Shown here in pieces: positions 1 through 12,479 of a stretch of DNA of 64,000 nt; positions within the stretch are counted from its first letter, which is position 1, and every line of letters begins with the position of its first letter. Both the position numbers and the translations under genes were made by a program. Origin of the DNA: Octopus vulgaris (taxonomy: Eukaryota). Under the pieces are notes generated by a model. That model had not been told where the DNA came from. It ran no database searches and saw only the letters and a list, made by a program, of their open reading frames with translations. The stretch is from positions 169,570,001 through 169,634,000 of the forward strand of contig OX597814.1 in the NCBI GenBank assembly GCA_951406725.2. Direction: 5' to 3'.

Positions 1-955
1 TCTTGCTGTGGAGAAAGGTTCTTCTTGAGTACAGCAAGGTACCAGATATCTTGGTCCTTTGTCATCTCTGAAAGGTTCAGTATCCTGAGATTGTCCTTCA
101 GTATTTCATCCCATGTCTTCTTGGGCCTCTCTCTTCTATGATTTCCATCCGTTTTGAGTGATCAGCAATTTTTTTATGGAGCTGTCTACACCCATCCACA
201 TTCTATGAGCAAACTAGCACAGTCTTCTCTCTCTTGCACACTGCATCTAATTCCTCTTCTATAAAAGTTTTCTCTCAATACATTACCATTCTGTTCAGCT
301 AAATACTTCTCAAGTAGTGTGCCTGCTTATGAAAATAGCATCAGTGGTGCTTCTCCCTGGGGCAAAGCTAAACTGCATTTTATCTAGCCTAATTCTGTTC
401 CTAATTAATTGGGCTATAACGTTTCCCATAATTCCTATCACCTGATCAGTAATTTGATGTCTCTATAATTGCTTCTATATAAGGCATCTCCTTTACCCTT
501 GTAGCAGTTAATTACGATGCTGCTACACCAGTCACTGGGGAATATGTGTTCCTGAATAATCTGATTAACTATGTAGGTTGATTAGCTCATATCCTACCTA
601 CAGATATTTTGAACATCTCAGCAGTGACTCCTGATGGACGAGTTGCTTTCTCTATTTTCATATCTTTAATTGCCTTATCTACCATACTGCTGTCCACTAG
701 GATAGCTGGTCCCTCTGTTGGTTCCATCTGAGGGAGATTTCCTTTATCCCATTTGTTCCTCCTTCTCATCAAAGGCTTCATTAAGAACTTCTCTTATTCT
801 ATGCCCATTTGAAGGCTCCTTGAGCTTCCACAACCTTCTTTTCCATATTGGCTTGTGTTTCTGAATCCTTCTGGCCATAAGCCTGAAATCATTAACCACT
901 AACCTATGCTGAGTCATACATTCTTCACCTGGGAAAGATTTTGCATTTATGATCA
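1..955 (-). mobile_element. Decayed, internally deleted RTE-clade LINE fragment (APE-RT linker and C-terminal part)
   Basis: ORF remnants INAKSFPGEECMTQHRLVV and PTEGPAILVDSS align to the RTE at 56311-59433 (INAKTFPGEECTPQHRLVV, PTEGPAIRVDSS). Bases 1-300 resemble its C-terminal coding end. Many stops and frameshifts. Confidence 0.9.
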
Positions 956-957
956 TA

Positions 958-1277
958 CACCAGATGTTTTGGGTCTTACAACATTGACCCTCATGCAGTT
1001 GACCTGATCTGACCTAGATTGATTCAACCTAGGTCTGTGTCAAAGCAGCAGTCTAAAGACACCACCAATCAACTCTTTTCAACTAGAAGTATCAAAATGA
1101 TTTTGTAGCAGCCTCTATGCTGTTCTTGATGGCTCTTCTTCTGCTCACTCCTGTAATATCCAGGATTCAATAAGCTTTACTCACAGAACGACCTGTGAAC
1201 TGCTGATTGCCTTCCTCCACATACAAACACATAGTTCTTCACACATTCCAGTAACAGTCTGCCACTAAATCCTGATA
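958..1277 (-). mobile_element. 3' end (C-terminus + 3'UTR) of a Hero-clade RLE non-LTR retrotransposon, decayed
   Basis: Minus strand reads YQDLVADCYWNV*RTMCLYVEEG..FTGRSVSKAY*ILDITGVSRRRAIKNSIEAATKSF*YF*LKRVDW. This resembles the recalled Hero C-terminus (KY..LV..C...GW...C.P.EVGCRGF..SL..A...LGI.G..RRRAI....EAAE.ASRWLWLKR). A Hero-like 3'UTR motif follows (ATGTTGTAAGACCCAAAACA). Confidence 0.65.
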
Positions 1278-1870
1278 ATATTTTACAAATGGAAAAACCT
1301 TATAAATAGGGTGACAATGGTTGTCACCTTTGACTCTCAGAGGAAATAAATATACCTTTTCATATAGTCTCTGCCACAACAAATGTTCAGAAGTGATATT
1401 TTATGGTTGCCATGAATTAAAATATTTGTTAAAATATCTTGAGTTACATGACAGCTGAAAACCAAACAGTTGAGTAACATATTTATCCATGTTCTGTAAA
1501 TATCAACATAATTCTTCAGATAATACCAGTTAAAATTTCCGACAAAAAGACAAGCAGGCAAATGACAGATAGCCTTATAAAATAACATTCTGTCTACATG
1601 AAATTGTTTTGTGAAGTTCATGTGTTTACTCAATGGAATTCGTAGTCTGTGTTATATCTAAAAACAGTTGTTTAACTTAGAAAAATGATTGCTTGAAAAT
1701 TCGTAAAACGTGAAATCAATTATTGGAGTTCATGTAATTTTAACCTGAAATAAAATGCACAGTTTACTCTACATCCATGTATTGAGTACTTAATAACTCT
1801 GAATTTCTAACAGATATATATCAGCTTCCTACATACATAGATGCATACCTATGTACATAATTACATTCAA

Positions 1871-1910
<40 letters not shown>

Positions 1911-1914
1911 AGGT

Positions 1915-2035
1915 TTATGGCCTAGTAGTTAGGCTGTTGCATTCATGATTGCTAAATTTCAGGTTTGATTCCCAGACTGGGTGGTGCATTGTGTTCTTGA
2001 GCAAGATATTTCATTTCATGTTGCTCCAGTCCCCT
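1915..2035 (+). mobile_element. tRNA-derived SINE, family C (5' part)
   Basis: A-box-like TGGCCTAGTAGTT, B-box-like GGTTTGATTCCC, then CORE-like GTTCTTGAGCAAG..TTCATTTCATGTTGCTCCAGTCC shared with 5200, 19010 and 49355. Confidence 0.7.
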
Positions 2036-2367
2036 TTTTGATCAAGGAGGAATGTTGACCTGCTCACTTGCTCATTCAAAGGTTAAAATGACACAAAGTA
2101 CATTGTGGACAGTGATGTATAACAACATCTGATAGGTTGGTCAGTCATGAGATCATGACATATATTACAAGAATAAGGATTTAAAGAATCAAACAGAGTT
2201 CACAGTAAGCTCTCCACTGAGTGTTCAGATATCAAGAAAGACAGTGGTTGAGACTAGCATATAAGATTAACATTGCTGCTCTTCTGAAAATCCAGGGATC
2301 ACAGTGGTGCAGAGTATGAAATAATTAACCAAAGTAAAAGAAGAGAGAAGAAATGTTTACTTCGTTT

Positions 2368-2509
2368 GTTGACAGCTGTTTCATAATCTGTATCCAGTTA
2401 TATCAGTGATACTAAAAAATCCAGTTGCATACCTAATTATACATATAGATGATCATATTTAAATATCTAATTGTACTGTTACAAAATCAATCAAATTATT
2501 CATCAGAAT
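2368..2509 (-). ncRNA. Type I hammerhead ribozyme-like motif with long stem II (Penelope-type)
   Basis: Minus strand: CUGAUGA-AUAAUUUG..(~100 nt)..CAGAUUAU-GAAA-CAGCUG-UC. The 8-bp base of stem II, palindromic stem III and GUC site are present. Stem I is weak (UU/AA). Confidence 0.6.
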
Positions 2510-2899
2510 GTTTCATGGCTTGTAAACATTGAGCTTTGCTAAATTTAGTTAGGTTTCCTCATTTATATAGCTGCAGATTAAGATATATCTGTTAAGCTTA
2601 TTTTGTATTATACCTTACAGTGATCAACCACTAAAGTTTGGTAAACAAATTGATGATTAATTACTTTATTTTTGATTTCACTGTTTATAACTTCTGATTC
2701 TATTCATCTTCTAATTTTTTTGTAAGTACATTCTATTTATGGGCATTCTTGCATCTGTTGAAATGAGGAAGTTTTACAGATACATTCCAAGTCTGCTGCT
2801 ATGTAATGAGGTAATCTAATTAAATTTATCAGAGTCAGATTTTTACAAGTCATGAAACATTCTAACGAGTAATCTGACTTATGTTACTGCACTATTATT

Positions 2900-3612
2900 T
2901 ACTCTATCTCGACTTGAGAAGAAGTTGCAAGTATGGAAGCAAGGTCTGTGACTCCGCTGGTATGGTCATATGATGCATATGGATGAGGACAGCCATGTAA
3001 AAAAGTGCCAATTTCTAACTGTGAAGGGAACCTGTGGAGGGAACCTGTGGAGGGAACCTGTGGTAGAGGTAGACCAAGGAAGACATGAAACGATGATTTT
3101 CGAACTTTGAGCCCCACAGAGTCAATGACTAATAGCCTTTAGCAATGTGCTGTGCTTGAGAGGACACATCAAGCCAAGTGCATCCATGCTGGTGCCATGT
3201 AAAGAACACCTTTTGACCATTGAGCCTCACAGAGGCAAAGTGGTTGAGTTCCTTTTGAGCGTTGGCTCTCATGAAGGCAATGACTGAGACCTTTGGCATT
3301 ATGTCGTGCTTGAGAGAAGACCCATCAAGCTGAGAAAAATTGCAGTCGTGGCAGACACTGGTGTCATGCAAATTGGCACCCATGCCAGTGGCACAAAAAA
3401 ACACCTCAGTGTCATACAAATGGCACCCATGCCAGTAGTACGTTAAAGCAGCAGTTACACTCTTAGAGTGGTTAGCATTAGGAAGGGCATCCAGCCATGG
3501 AAAACCATACCAAATCAGACTGGAGTCTGGTGCAGCCTTCCAGTGTGCCAGCCCAATAAAACTGTCCAATCCATGCCAGCAGGGACAACGGATGTTAAAT
3601 GATGATGATGAT
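2900..3612 (+). mobile_element. 5'-truncated RTE LINE (C-terminal ORF remnant + 3'UTR + (GAT)n tail)
   Basis: WYGHMMHMDEDS..EGTCGRGRPRKT remnant, 3'UTR motif GTTAGCATTAGGAAGGGCATCCAGC, ending GTTAAATGATGATGATG. Confidence 0.9.
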
Positions 3613-4132
3613 ATATGTGCATCTATATATATTTATACAAAATATGGGGCTTTAGTTCACAGGTGATCTAAATGATTAGGTACGCCAGGTAAGTGCTATA
3701 ACGGATTACTAGGGCTCCAAGGTTATAGCCGAGACAGTAATTATGGAGCCATTGCAGATTTCTGATATAGCGGATATATAATTGTTAAAGAGGACAACAA
3801 ACATTAAGGCAAGGCAAATATTTCAAGTCTGGTGAATTGCACAATCACTCTATTAACTGTAGAAAGCAGTATTCCAAGGTTTTCTGTGATTTTACACGAA
3901 GTCTACCTTCAAATTGACTGACAACACAGCTGCTTTGAAATTCAGACAGTTCCAAGGCTTCTTCTGTATGTGGCATGATTAAACAGTCGCATACAGAACC
4001 CAAAACATAAAAACGTCAATTAATAAAAAATATAAACATTTTCAAAAAATATAAACATTTATAAAAATATAAAGAGAAAACGATGTTTTATAGGGTGTCT
4101 ATGTACGTCTGTTGTGTGTGTGTGTGTGTGTA

Positions 4133-4180
<48 letters not shown>

Positions 4181-4191
4181 TATATATACAC

Positions 4192-4241
<50 letters not shown>

Positions 4242-4272
4242 TCATATGTATGTGTATATATACATGTACACA

Positions 4273-5118
4273 CACAAGGTGCAGTGAATATATTGTTGCC
4301 TGAATTATGTGGAAATGAAAATAATACTGACATGTTATTTTAACAGATATATTAACAAAAATTACAAAAAATATCTTGAAATACTAAAGAGTAAATTTAT
4401 TCAATAAAATCGCCATTGACTTCAACCACGGCCTCCAGATGACTTCGAAATCTCCTGCAACTATTCTGGACGTTCCCCTTGTTTAAGTTGGTAAATGCTG
4501 TTATAATCCTTGCCTTCAGTTCAACTTTGGTTTTACAAGGAATTTGGTTTGTCTCTCTGTGACCCACACATAATAATCAAAGTGGCTGCAGTCTGGAGAG
4601 CTGGGTGGCTAGATTTTAAGGGTGATGTGGTTGCAGAAATTATCTGACAGCCATGACTGGGTTCTCCTGCTTGTGTGGCATGGTGCAGAGTCTTGCTGCC
4701 AGACATAGGGTCTTCAAGCAGCCACCCTCTTCACTCAGAGCAGCACTACCGCCTCCAGGCCGCCATGTTGAGTCTGATGCCATGTGGGGAGATGAATGGA
4801 GGCATAACATTGCCATCGCTAGTGATCATTCCAAACACCATGATGTTGACTGGATGTTTGATTTTTTATCACTCTCAGTACATATTTTGGGGACAATCTG
4901 TCCTCAGATTGACACCCAAACATGTGAAATGTTTGTATTAGAACCTCTGGTGCAAATATCAAGCATGTCATTTCCAAATTTCTGGTAGAGTGAATTGCAT
5001 TATGGTGGCATTTTTCTCACAGACAGTGCCCAGCTGACTCTAAGTAGTTGACAAAATCAAAAACAATACGTGAAATTAAGAATATAAAATGGTAACAATT
5101 TAGCCATTTCACCCTGTA
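4273..5118 (-). mobile_element. Internally deleted Tc1/mariner DD37D (maT)-type transposon
   Basis: Imperfect TIRs (CAAGGTGCAGTGAATATATTGTTGCC / GGTAACAATTTAGCCATTTCACCCTG-TA). Transposase remnants QQDSAPCH..SPDCSHFDYYVW. Homologous to 36750-37685. Confidence 0.85.
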
Positions 5119-5199
5119 TATGTAAATATAAAAATTCTTTTATTCTTTTATTTGTTTCAGTCATATGACTGTGGCCATGCTGGAGCACGTATATGGAGA

Positions 5200-5445
5200 C
5201 ACCTGGCTTAGGGGTTCAGGTGTTATACTCATGATCATAAGACTGACGTTTCAATCTTTGGATCAGGCAATCTGTAGTGATCTTGAGTAAAACACTTCAT
5301 TTCATATTAGTCCAGTCCACTCATCTGGCAAAAGTTGGTAAGCCTGCAATGGACTGGTTTTCCATCCAGGGTGGGGGAAGATTGTTTCCGGAAACCAGGA
5401 AACCATCTTCATGAACCTATGGCAGAGGGAGTACCTTTGATCCCT
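5200..5445 (+). mobile_element. tRNA-derived SINE family C, decayed, with V-like tail motif
   Basis: CTTGAGTAAAACACTTCATTTCATATTAGTCCAGTCCACTC core followed by CCTGCAATGGACTGG..CCATCCAGGGTG. Confidence 0.55.
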
Positions 5446-6244
5446 TTTTTCTTGATGTTCATACACACACATACATATGATGAGTTATTGCACTAAATTT
5501 CCCTCATGTTTTTTTTACTCAGTATTGAGTAACTCAATACAAAGCTATAGTTGAAAGGGCACTTTTTGAAATCACCATATAGAAGAATTGAACCTAGAAC
5601 TATATGGTAATGAAAGGAATTTCTTAACCACGCAGCGATATATTTAAAAGGAAAAATAATAAATAACAGCAAAACAAAAAAAAAAAAGAAAAATCAAAAG
5701 AAGAAAGAAAAGGAAAAGGAAATACGAGGACAAGAAGTTTACAGCTAGATCACCTCTAATTCTAAGTCTGCTTCAGCAAGGCTGACCTGAGGCTGATCAA
5801 CAACTATGACAGTTATTCCGACTAATTCTATCAGCACCACGCCAAGATTAGAGTCTCTATGAATGAACTACGAATGGTATTACAGAATATAGTCACAAGT
5901 TTTATTGCTACTACGTGAGCAGCCTAAACCCAGGCAGTCTTTCAGTCTGATTTGGTTAACAAATATTTATTGCAAACATTATATTGTCAGCCTGAAGAAA
6001 CGTATACAAATATATAAATCAAAAATTTACTTTAATGAAATTTCAATATTTCTGTTTGAATCTCAGGCATTTTTGTTTTCTTCTTTTCTCTCGTCACAGT
6101 TAGGTTATTAGTTAGGTTACTGTGAGAAATTTTTCACCTTGTTTATACAGACACTCACACTGTCTCTCTTTCTGTATGTTATATACATACACAGAATAAT
6201 ACAAAAAATATATATGTATGTATATGTATATATATGTGTTGATG

Positions 6245-6417
6245 TTAGCCACTACACACATTTTTTTTCTCTCCTTGTTTTTTCTGAGTACCTATCTGTA
6301 AAAGAGCGTAGGCTCGAAATGTAAAAGACTTTTTCTATTCCTGAGCATTATACTCATACATCTGTTTGTTTTGTACACCACCTGTGTTCGTCTTTTGTTT
6401 ATTTTCGTAAACTTTCC

Positions 6418-6420
<3 letters not shown>
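6245..6420 (+). mobile_element. Short hammerhead-bearing element, family b (Penelope pLTR-like), abutting (TA)n
   Basis: Homologous to 15257-15440 in opposite orientation. Motif at 6292-6327: CTGTAAAA-GAGC-GTAG-GCTC-GAAA-TGTA-AAAG (decayed). Confidence 0.65.
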
Positions 6421-6474
<54 letters not shown>

Positions 6475-6619
6475 TTGATAGATAGATATACATACATATA
6501 TATGCACATACATATTTACATATATATATATATATATATATACATAAATAAATATATATGTGTGTATAATGGAAGGCAAGGTTTACGATATCGGGAGAAT
6601 ATTGCCTTCTCCCATTAAA

Positions 6620-7017
6620 TATTGTTCTTCGTGTAATTCAGGTTCCAGCAGGCGAAGAAAGAAGTCTTTAAGTACAAATGCAATGTGCAACCGATTTATT
6701 TACAAGTTTCACAGAATAGGTGAAGTGTGTTGCTCTCAGCAACCATCTCAAGCTGTGTGCATGGTATTGTATCTCCATTAGTGCAGACACATTGCCTCTC
6801 GAGGTACAACATGCAGACAGGCCCAGCCAGTGAAGTGTGCTCAACAAGTGCTGCTGTGTAGAAGTGGTGAGAGAGAATGAATCTGTTTCTGTTTTGCCCT
6901 TATATACAGTTTGCCATCAGGAGCCTCATTGTGATCTCGCACATGGTAAATGGGTGCAGGTGAGATCTCGCTCCTATCTCGGAGATGGCAATGGCTACCG
7001 TGAGATCTCATCCAATA
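6620..7017 (-). mobile_element. Possible solo LTR
   Basis: About 400-bp GC-richer block. On the minus strand a TATA-like GTATATAAGG (~6900) precedes AATAAA (~6695). The ends are TATTG...CAATA inverted. No second copy in the window. Confidence 0.35.
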
Positions 7018-7200
7018 TCTGCTGTTGAGGATTTTTTTGGCCACCAGGATGAAAGCTTCTTCATCCATGGGATTTAAGCACTGCAACATGAATGGGAGAA
7101 GTGTGTGGACCACAAGGGAAAATATGCTGAAAAATAATCCTCATTTGGTCACATTCCATGAGAGCATCTTTGTTGGTCTAGGAACTTTTCAGCTGACTTG
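7018..7200 (+). mobile_element. mariner transposase C-terminal relic + right end
   Basis: Reads SAVEDFFGHQDESFFIHGI*ALQHEWEKCVDHKGKYAEK*, a typical mariner C-terminus (GI..L..RW.KCV...G.Y.EK). Confidence 0.8.
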
Positions 7201-7504
7201 TAAGAAATTAAATAAATGACAAAGGAATATAAATCATGTAATGAACTTCATTAGCTCACAGCTGTTTCTGCTATATGATGCAGTGCACTCTTAACTGAGT
7301 GTTTGTATGTCACCTTATAACTGTGTTAGTGTTTCAGAAATAAAGTGCAATTTTCTGAGGCACTTTGCAAAAAAAAATATATATATATATATAATGTTTG
7401 AAATGGAGTACAGAGTTTGAATGATAAAAGCTACTCCTAAAAATATGTATTTGAATATGAATGTGTGTATATAGACAGGTATATGATGAACTCCTATATA
7501 AACT

Positions 7505-7603
7505 TACATTATTTACATTTGACGGATATTTGTCCTCATTTTTGTCTCATATTTGTCGAATGTAAATAATGTACATAATTCCTCATCTCTTAAATATAGA
7601 ACT
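7505..7603. repeat. Fold-back remnant of the 3' end of the tRNA-hammerhead element (family a)
   Basis: TACATTATTTACATTTGAC...GTCGAATGTAAATAATGTA inverted pair plus CATAATTCCTCATCTCTTAAATATAGAACT tail, matching 28684-29066. Confidence 0.8.
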
Positions 7604-7873
7604 GTTCTATATAAATACTTATTTATATGCATACATAAAATACAGGCAGAATATGTATGTAAATACACATTGTTTTTGACAAGGACTCATTTCCGATTAT
7701 ATAGAGTACATTTCAGTTTGATGGTGAGATGGAAGGGGTTCATTTATGCTGTAGGGAATGGTGGGCTTTCTGATAGCTAATAATCCTGATTCTTGTCCTA
7801 AACAGCCTATTGCAAAAATCACATTAAACTGTTGGTGGATCGTTAAATAAGGAGGTTTTTGATGTAACAGGAA

Positions 7874-7910
<37 letters not shown>

Positions 7911-7914
<4 letters not shown>

Positions 7915-8222
7915 CGGTGGCACATAAAAACACCATCCGAGCGTGGCCGTCTGCCAGCCTCGTCTGGCACCTGTGTCGGTGGCACATAAAAACACCATCC
8001 GAGCGTGGCCGTTCGCCAGCCTCGTCTGGCACCTGTGTCGGTGGCACATAAAATCACCCACTACACTCTCGGAGTGGTTGGCGTTAGGAAGGGCATCCAG
8101 CTGTAGAAACACTGCCAGATCTGACTGGCCTGGTGCAGCCTTCGGGCTCCCCAGACCCCAGTTGAACCGTCCAACCCATGCTAGCATGGAAAGCGGACGT
8201 TAAACGATGATGATGATGATGA

Positions 8223-8225
<3 letters not shown>
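7911..8225 (+). mobile_element. RTE 3'UTR copy with tandem ~62-bp modules, inserted in (TA)n
   Basis: Two near-identical GTGTCGGTGGCACATAAAAACACCATCCGAGCGTGGCC modules. 3' end CCAACCCATGCTAGCATGGAAAGCGGACGTTAAAC(GAT)n matches the RTE end at ~55720. Confidence 0.9.
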
Positions 8226-8259
<34 letters not shown>

Positions 8260-8520
8260 CACACACACACATGCACACACACACACACACACATATACAT
8301 ATATATGTATATATATGTATGTACATGTACATATAAAAATATATACATGTACATATAAAAAATCTATATGGAAAAAATATAAAGGGAAAAAGATTTTAAA
8401 AATGAGAAAAGGAAAAAATTATATATACAGGAATTAATTTATAAATTAATATAATTAAAATTAATATACTAAACTTCATTTAAAATGTAAAATTAAAGAT
8501 ATAAAAGATGTATATGTGAG

Positions 8521-8557
<37 letters not shown>

Positions 8558-8631
8558 ACATATATATGTAAACATACATACACACACATACACACATATA
8601 TATATATGTATATATATATTATATATATGTG

Positions 8632-8691
<60 letters not shown>

Positions 8692-8714
8692 CATATATAT
8701 GTGTATATACGTGT

Positions 8715-8865
8715 AACAAAACTGTCCGACGAATGGGAACATGAAACTCTGAGTAAGAGCTTTTGTTATATTTCTGCTGCTTTTAAATGAAGCATATTAC
8801 TCTACCCCTGGTATTTGAGTATTCTTTTTTCCACTTTGTTTCACATTTATGTGCTTACTCCGGTA
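8715..8865 (+). mobile_element. Short hammerhead-bearing element, family d
   Basis: Homologous to 36522-36740. Motif CTGT-CCGACGA-ATG-GGAA-CAT-GAAA-CTCTGAG-TA at 8722-8760. Flanked by (TA)n-rich sequence. Confidence 0.7.
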
Positions 8866-8896
<31 letters not shown>

Positions 8897-8919
8897 ATAA
8901 TAACATTAGGGAGTTGCAT

Positions 8920-9115
8920 GCCTGCATTTGTCCCACCACCATTCTTGACAACTGACGTTGGTTTGTTTACATCCCCATAACTTAACAGTTTGGCAAAAGA
9001 AATCGATAGAAAAAGTAATAAACTTACAAAGAATAACTCCTGAGGTCAATTTGTTCAACTAAAGGTGATGCTCCAGCATGGCCACAGTCAAATGACTGAA
9101 ATGAATAAAAGAATA
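8920..9115 (+). mobile_element. SINE family A, 3' half
   Basis: Tail GCTCCAGCATGGCCACAGTCAAATGACTGAAA shared with many copies. Confidence 0.85.
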
Positions 9116-9359
9116 CATACAAATATATATACATACATATATACATACATACATATACATACATACATACATATATATATTTTTTATTTATATGCAATAT
9201 ATGCTATATGTTTATATATCTAAATGTCTGCATATAGATGTATGTATATATACATAAACACATACATACAAACATGCATATATATATACATACATACATA
9301 CAAACATACATACATACACACATACTTACATACATACATACATACATACAAACATACAT

Positions 9360-9392
<33 letters not shown>

Positions 9393-9605
9393 TATTTTTA
9401 TTTATATGCAATATATGCTATATGCTTATATATCTAAATGTCTGCATATAGATGTATGTATATATACATAAACACATACATACAAATATGCATACATATA
9501 TACATACATACATGCATACATGCATGCATACATGCATACACGCATACATACATACATACATACATACATACGTACATATATACATAATACATACATACAT
9601 ACGTA
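9115..9605. repeat. (ATAC)n microsatellite block containing a ~215-bp tandem duplication
   Basis: The core TTTTTATTTATATGCAATATATGCTATATG..CTAAATGTCTGCATATAGATG occurs at ~9180 and ~9395. Confidence 0.85.
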
Positions 9606-10012
9606 AAAAAAACTTGTTTTCCTTTATCAAACAACCTTTATTTTCGGTCTTTTCATTTCATACAGACACAAAATGAAGAACAGAAAATCAAGAATGCAGA
9701 AGACTGAACGACAGTGAGGAAAGTTGTTAAGGGCAACTTGGGCTACAATATGGAATCTAACCATAATAGAATTCTGATTCATGATGGAAATTGATTGCCA
9801 GAAGCCACAAAATTGTAAGCAAACTGGTTTAGAATTTGAACCAGTTATTTTCAAGCTAAAAACTATCAAGAGGTTTGGAACTAAATAATTTAAATCATTC
9901 TTTTACTCTGTTAGCTATAGTGAACTCTAACCACATGGACAAGCCACACTCATACAAACCTCTCACACTGTTTATACGTAGGTGTAAACTTCACTTACAC
10001 AAAGACACACAT

Positions 10013-10065
<53 letters not shown>

Positions 10066-10154
10066 TACACACACACATATATATGTATATACAGGTGTGT
10101 ATACATAATAAACATATATATATGTATACACACACACACATATATATGTATGTA

Positions 10155-10185
<31 letters not shown>

Positions 10186-10327
10186 TGATATAGATAGATA
10201 GATAGTTATACATACATACATACATACACATACATTCATATATATGTGTATATATACACACATATAGACACAAACACATTCATATACACACATATAGACA
10301 CATACACATATATGTTTATATATATAT

Positions 10328-10730
10328 CTTTTATCTTTTACTTGTTTCAGTCATTAGACTGTGCCATACTGGGGCACTGCCTTGAATTTTAGTCAAATGA
10401 ATCAACCAAAGTACTTATTTTTTAAGCCTGGTACTTATTCTATTAGTCTCTTTTGCCAAACCGCTAAGTTACTGGGATGTAAACACACCAACACTGGTTG
10501 CCAAGCGGATATGGGGGCAAACAGAAACAAAAAGATACGCACACATAGATATATATACATATGTATATGATGGACTTCTTTCAGTTTCTTTCTACGACAT
10601 CCACTCACAAGACTTTGGTCAGCCTGAGGCTATTGCAGAAGACATTTGCTCAAGGTGCCACCTAGTGGGACTGAACCCAGAACCATATGGTTGGGAAGCA
10701 AGCTTCTTACCACACAGCCACTCCTGCACC
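10328..10730 (-). mobile_element. SINE family A (tRNA head, CORE-like CCTTGGGCAAGT motif, internal microsatellite)
   Basis: Full head-to-tail homology with 22803-23205, 25188-25617 and 31750-32268. Confidence 0.9.
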
Positions 10731-11679
10731 TATGTATATCTTATGTATGCATGTCTGTATACATATATATAAATGTGCATGTATGTGTGTGTGTATGTGT
10801 ATAGGTATATATACATACACACACATATAAGTAAGACTCCCGACTATATATGTGTATGTGTGTGTGCATGTGTGAGTGAGTGTGTGTGTGTGTGTAGATA
10901 GATAGATAGATAGATAGGTATAGATAGATAGACAAACACATAAATATATATACTTACACACACACAAATATATACACACATGCACATATATATGTATGTA
11001 CATATATATGTGTATATATGTATATACATACAGATATATACATACTAATACATACATATACATATATATATATTTACATATATATGTGTATATATATCTA
11101 TATCTATATTTACACACACATATATATATATATGTATATGTACATATGTATGTATGTATACATACAGATATATACATACTAATACATACATATACATATA
11201 TATGTGTATATATATCTATATCTATATTTACACACACACACTCATATATATATATATATGTATATGTACGTATGTATGTATGTATGTATGTATGTATATA
11301 TGTATGTATGCATGTATGTATGTATATATTTGTGTGTAATACATAGCATGACACACATACATGTACACACATACATTCAAATATGCACATTCATATGGAT
11401 ATTTAGAGGTATATAATTATATATACATTTAGAGGTACACACATCACAAACATAAGGACATTAAGATTAAAGTTCACACACACACAAACACACACACGGT
11501 CACACACGCACACAGAGAAACACATACAAACACATATACACACATGCATATGCTGCTGCTGCTGTCCATCGAATACTTTCCATCTATTACATATCACAAG
11601 AAACACACCTGAGTGAGGCATATAAATACTTAATAGCTTTCTCAGTCTATACATAGAATGTGAAGGCTTTTAAACACAC

Positions 11680-11710
<31 letters not shown>

Positions 11711-12479
11711 CATGCATACACACACATACACATACATATGTAACAACACAAATACATAGGCATAGTCACCCCAACACACAATCACACCATCACCATCACC
11801 ATCATTATGAACAACAGCAACGTTACAATTTCAACAACATTATGGATTTACTGTGTCTATCTTTAAGTTAAGAAGCATAGTATTCAGGAATCACAGAGGC
11901 GAAATTTCTAAGATTGGTTGTTGTCATGGCATCAAGTTGTTTTCTTTGACTTGAAGGAACTTCTTTTTCTGTTCCTTGTTTGATCAGTCTTACCCTCAAG
12001 GTGTTCGTCATCCAATTCCTCCACTTGAAGCATATTTATTATTGTTATTTTCAAATTCTGTAATGGTATTTATCCTCCTCCTCCTCTTCCTCCTCCTATT
12101 CCTCATCCTCATCCTCCTCCTCTCTGCCTTCTTTCTCCTCTTCTTTTCTGCTTTCTCTCCTTCTTTCTCCTCGTAGTGTTTTGGCCTGGTTTGCATTGCA
12201 TGTTTTGGCAATTTTCTTACATAGCACCATGAAAGGCAGAATTATAATGGTACTCCTGTTTCTCAGTGAAGGACTTCTGATCTTCACATAAACACCTACC
12301 CCCTCACACACACTCACACACACATACACACACATATGCACATATATAGACAAACGTACGCATACATGTGTTATAATAGATAAGAAGAAAATGTACTCAA
12401 TACATGATGTGGAACACAATAAGACAATTTATTCAGTTGATGCTATATGCCCTGTTGCCTGGAGTTTCTAAATTCTTAA

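Noticed and set aside
7250-7275. GAAACAGCTGTG (-) half-hammerhead; similarly GAAACATGTGTA (-) at ~50225-50240
   Set aside because: No matching CUGANGA core with a pairing stem II found upstream. Possibly truncated relics but unsupported.
7911-8050. Regularly spaced GGTGGCACATAAAAA repeats resembling a CRISPR array
   Set aside because: Spacers are near-identical, the context is eukaryotic, there are no cas genes, and they are RTE 3'UTR modules.
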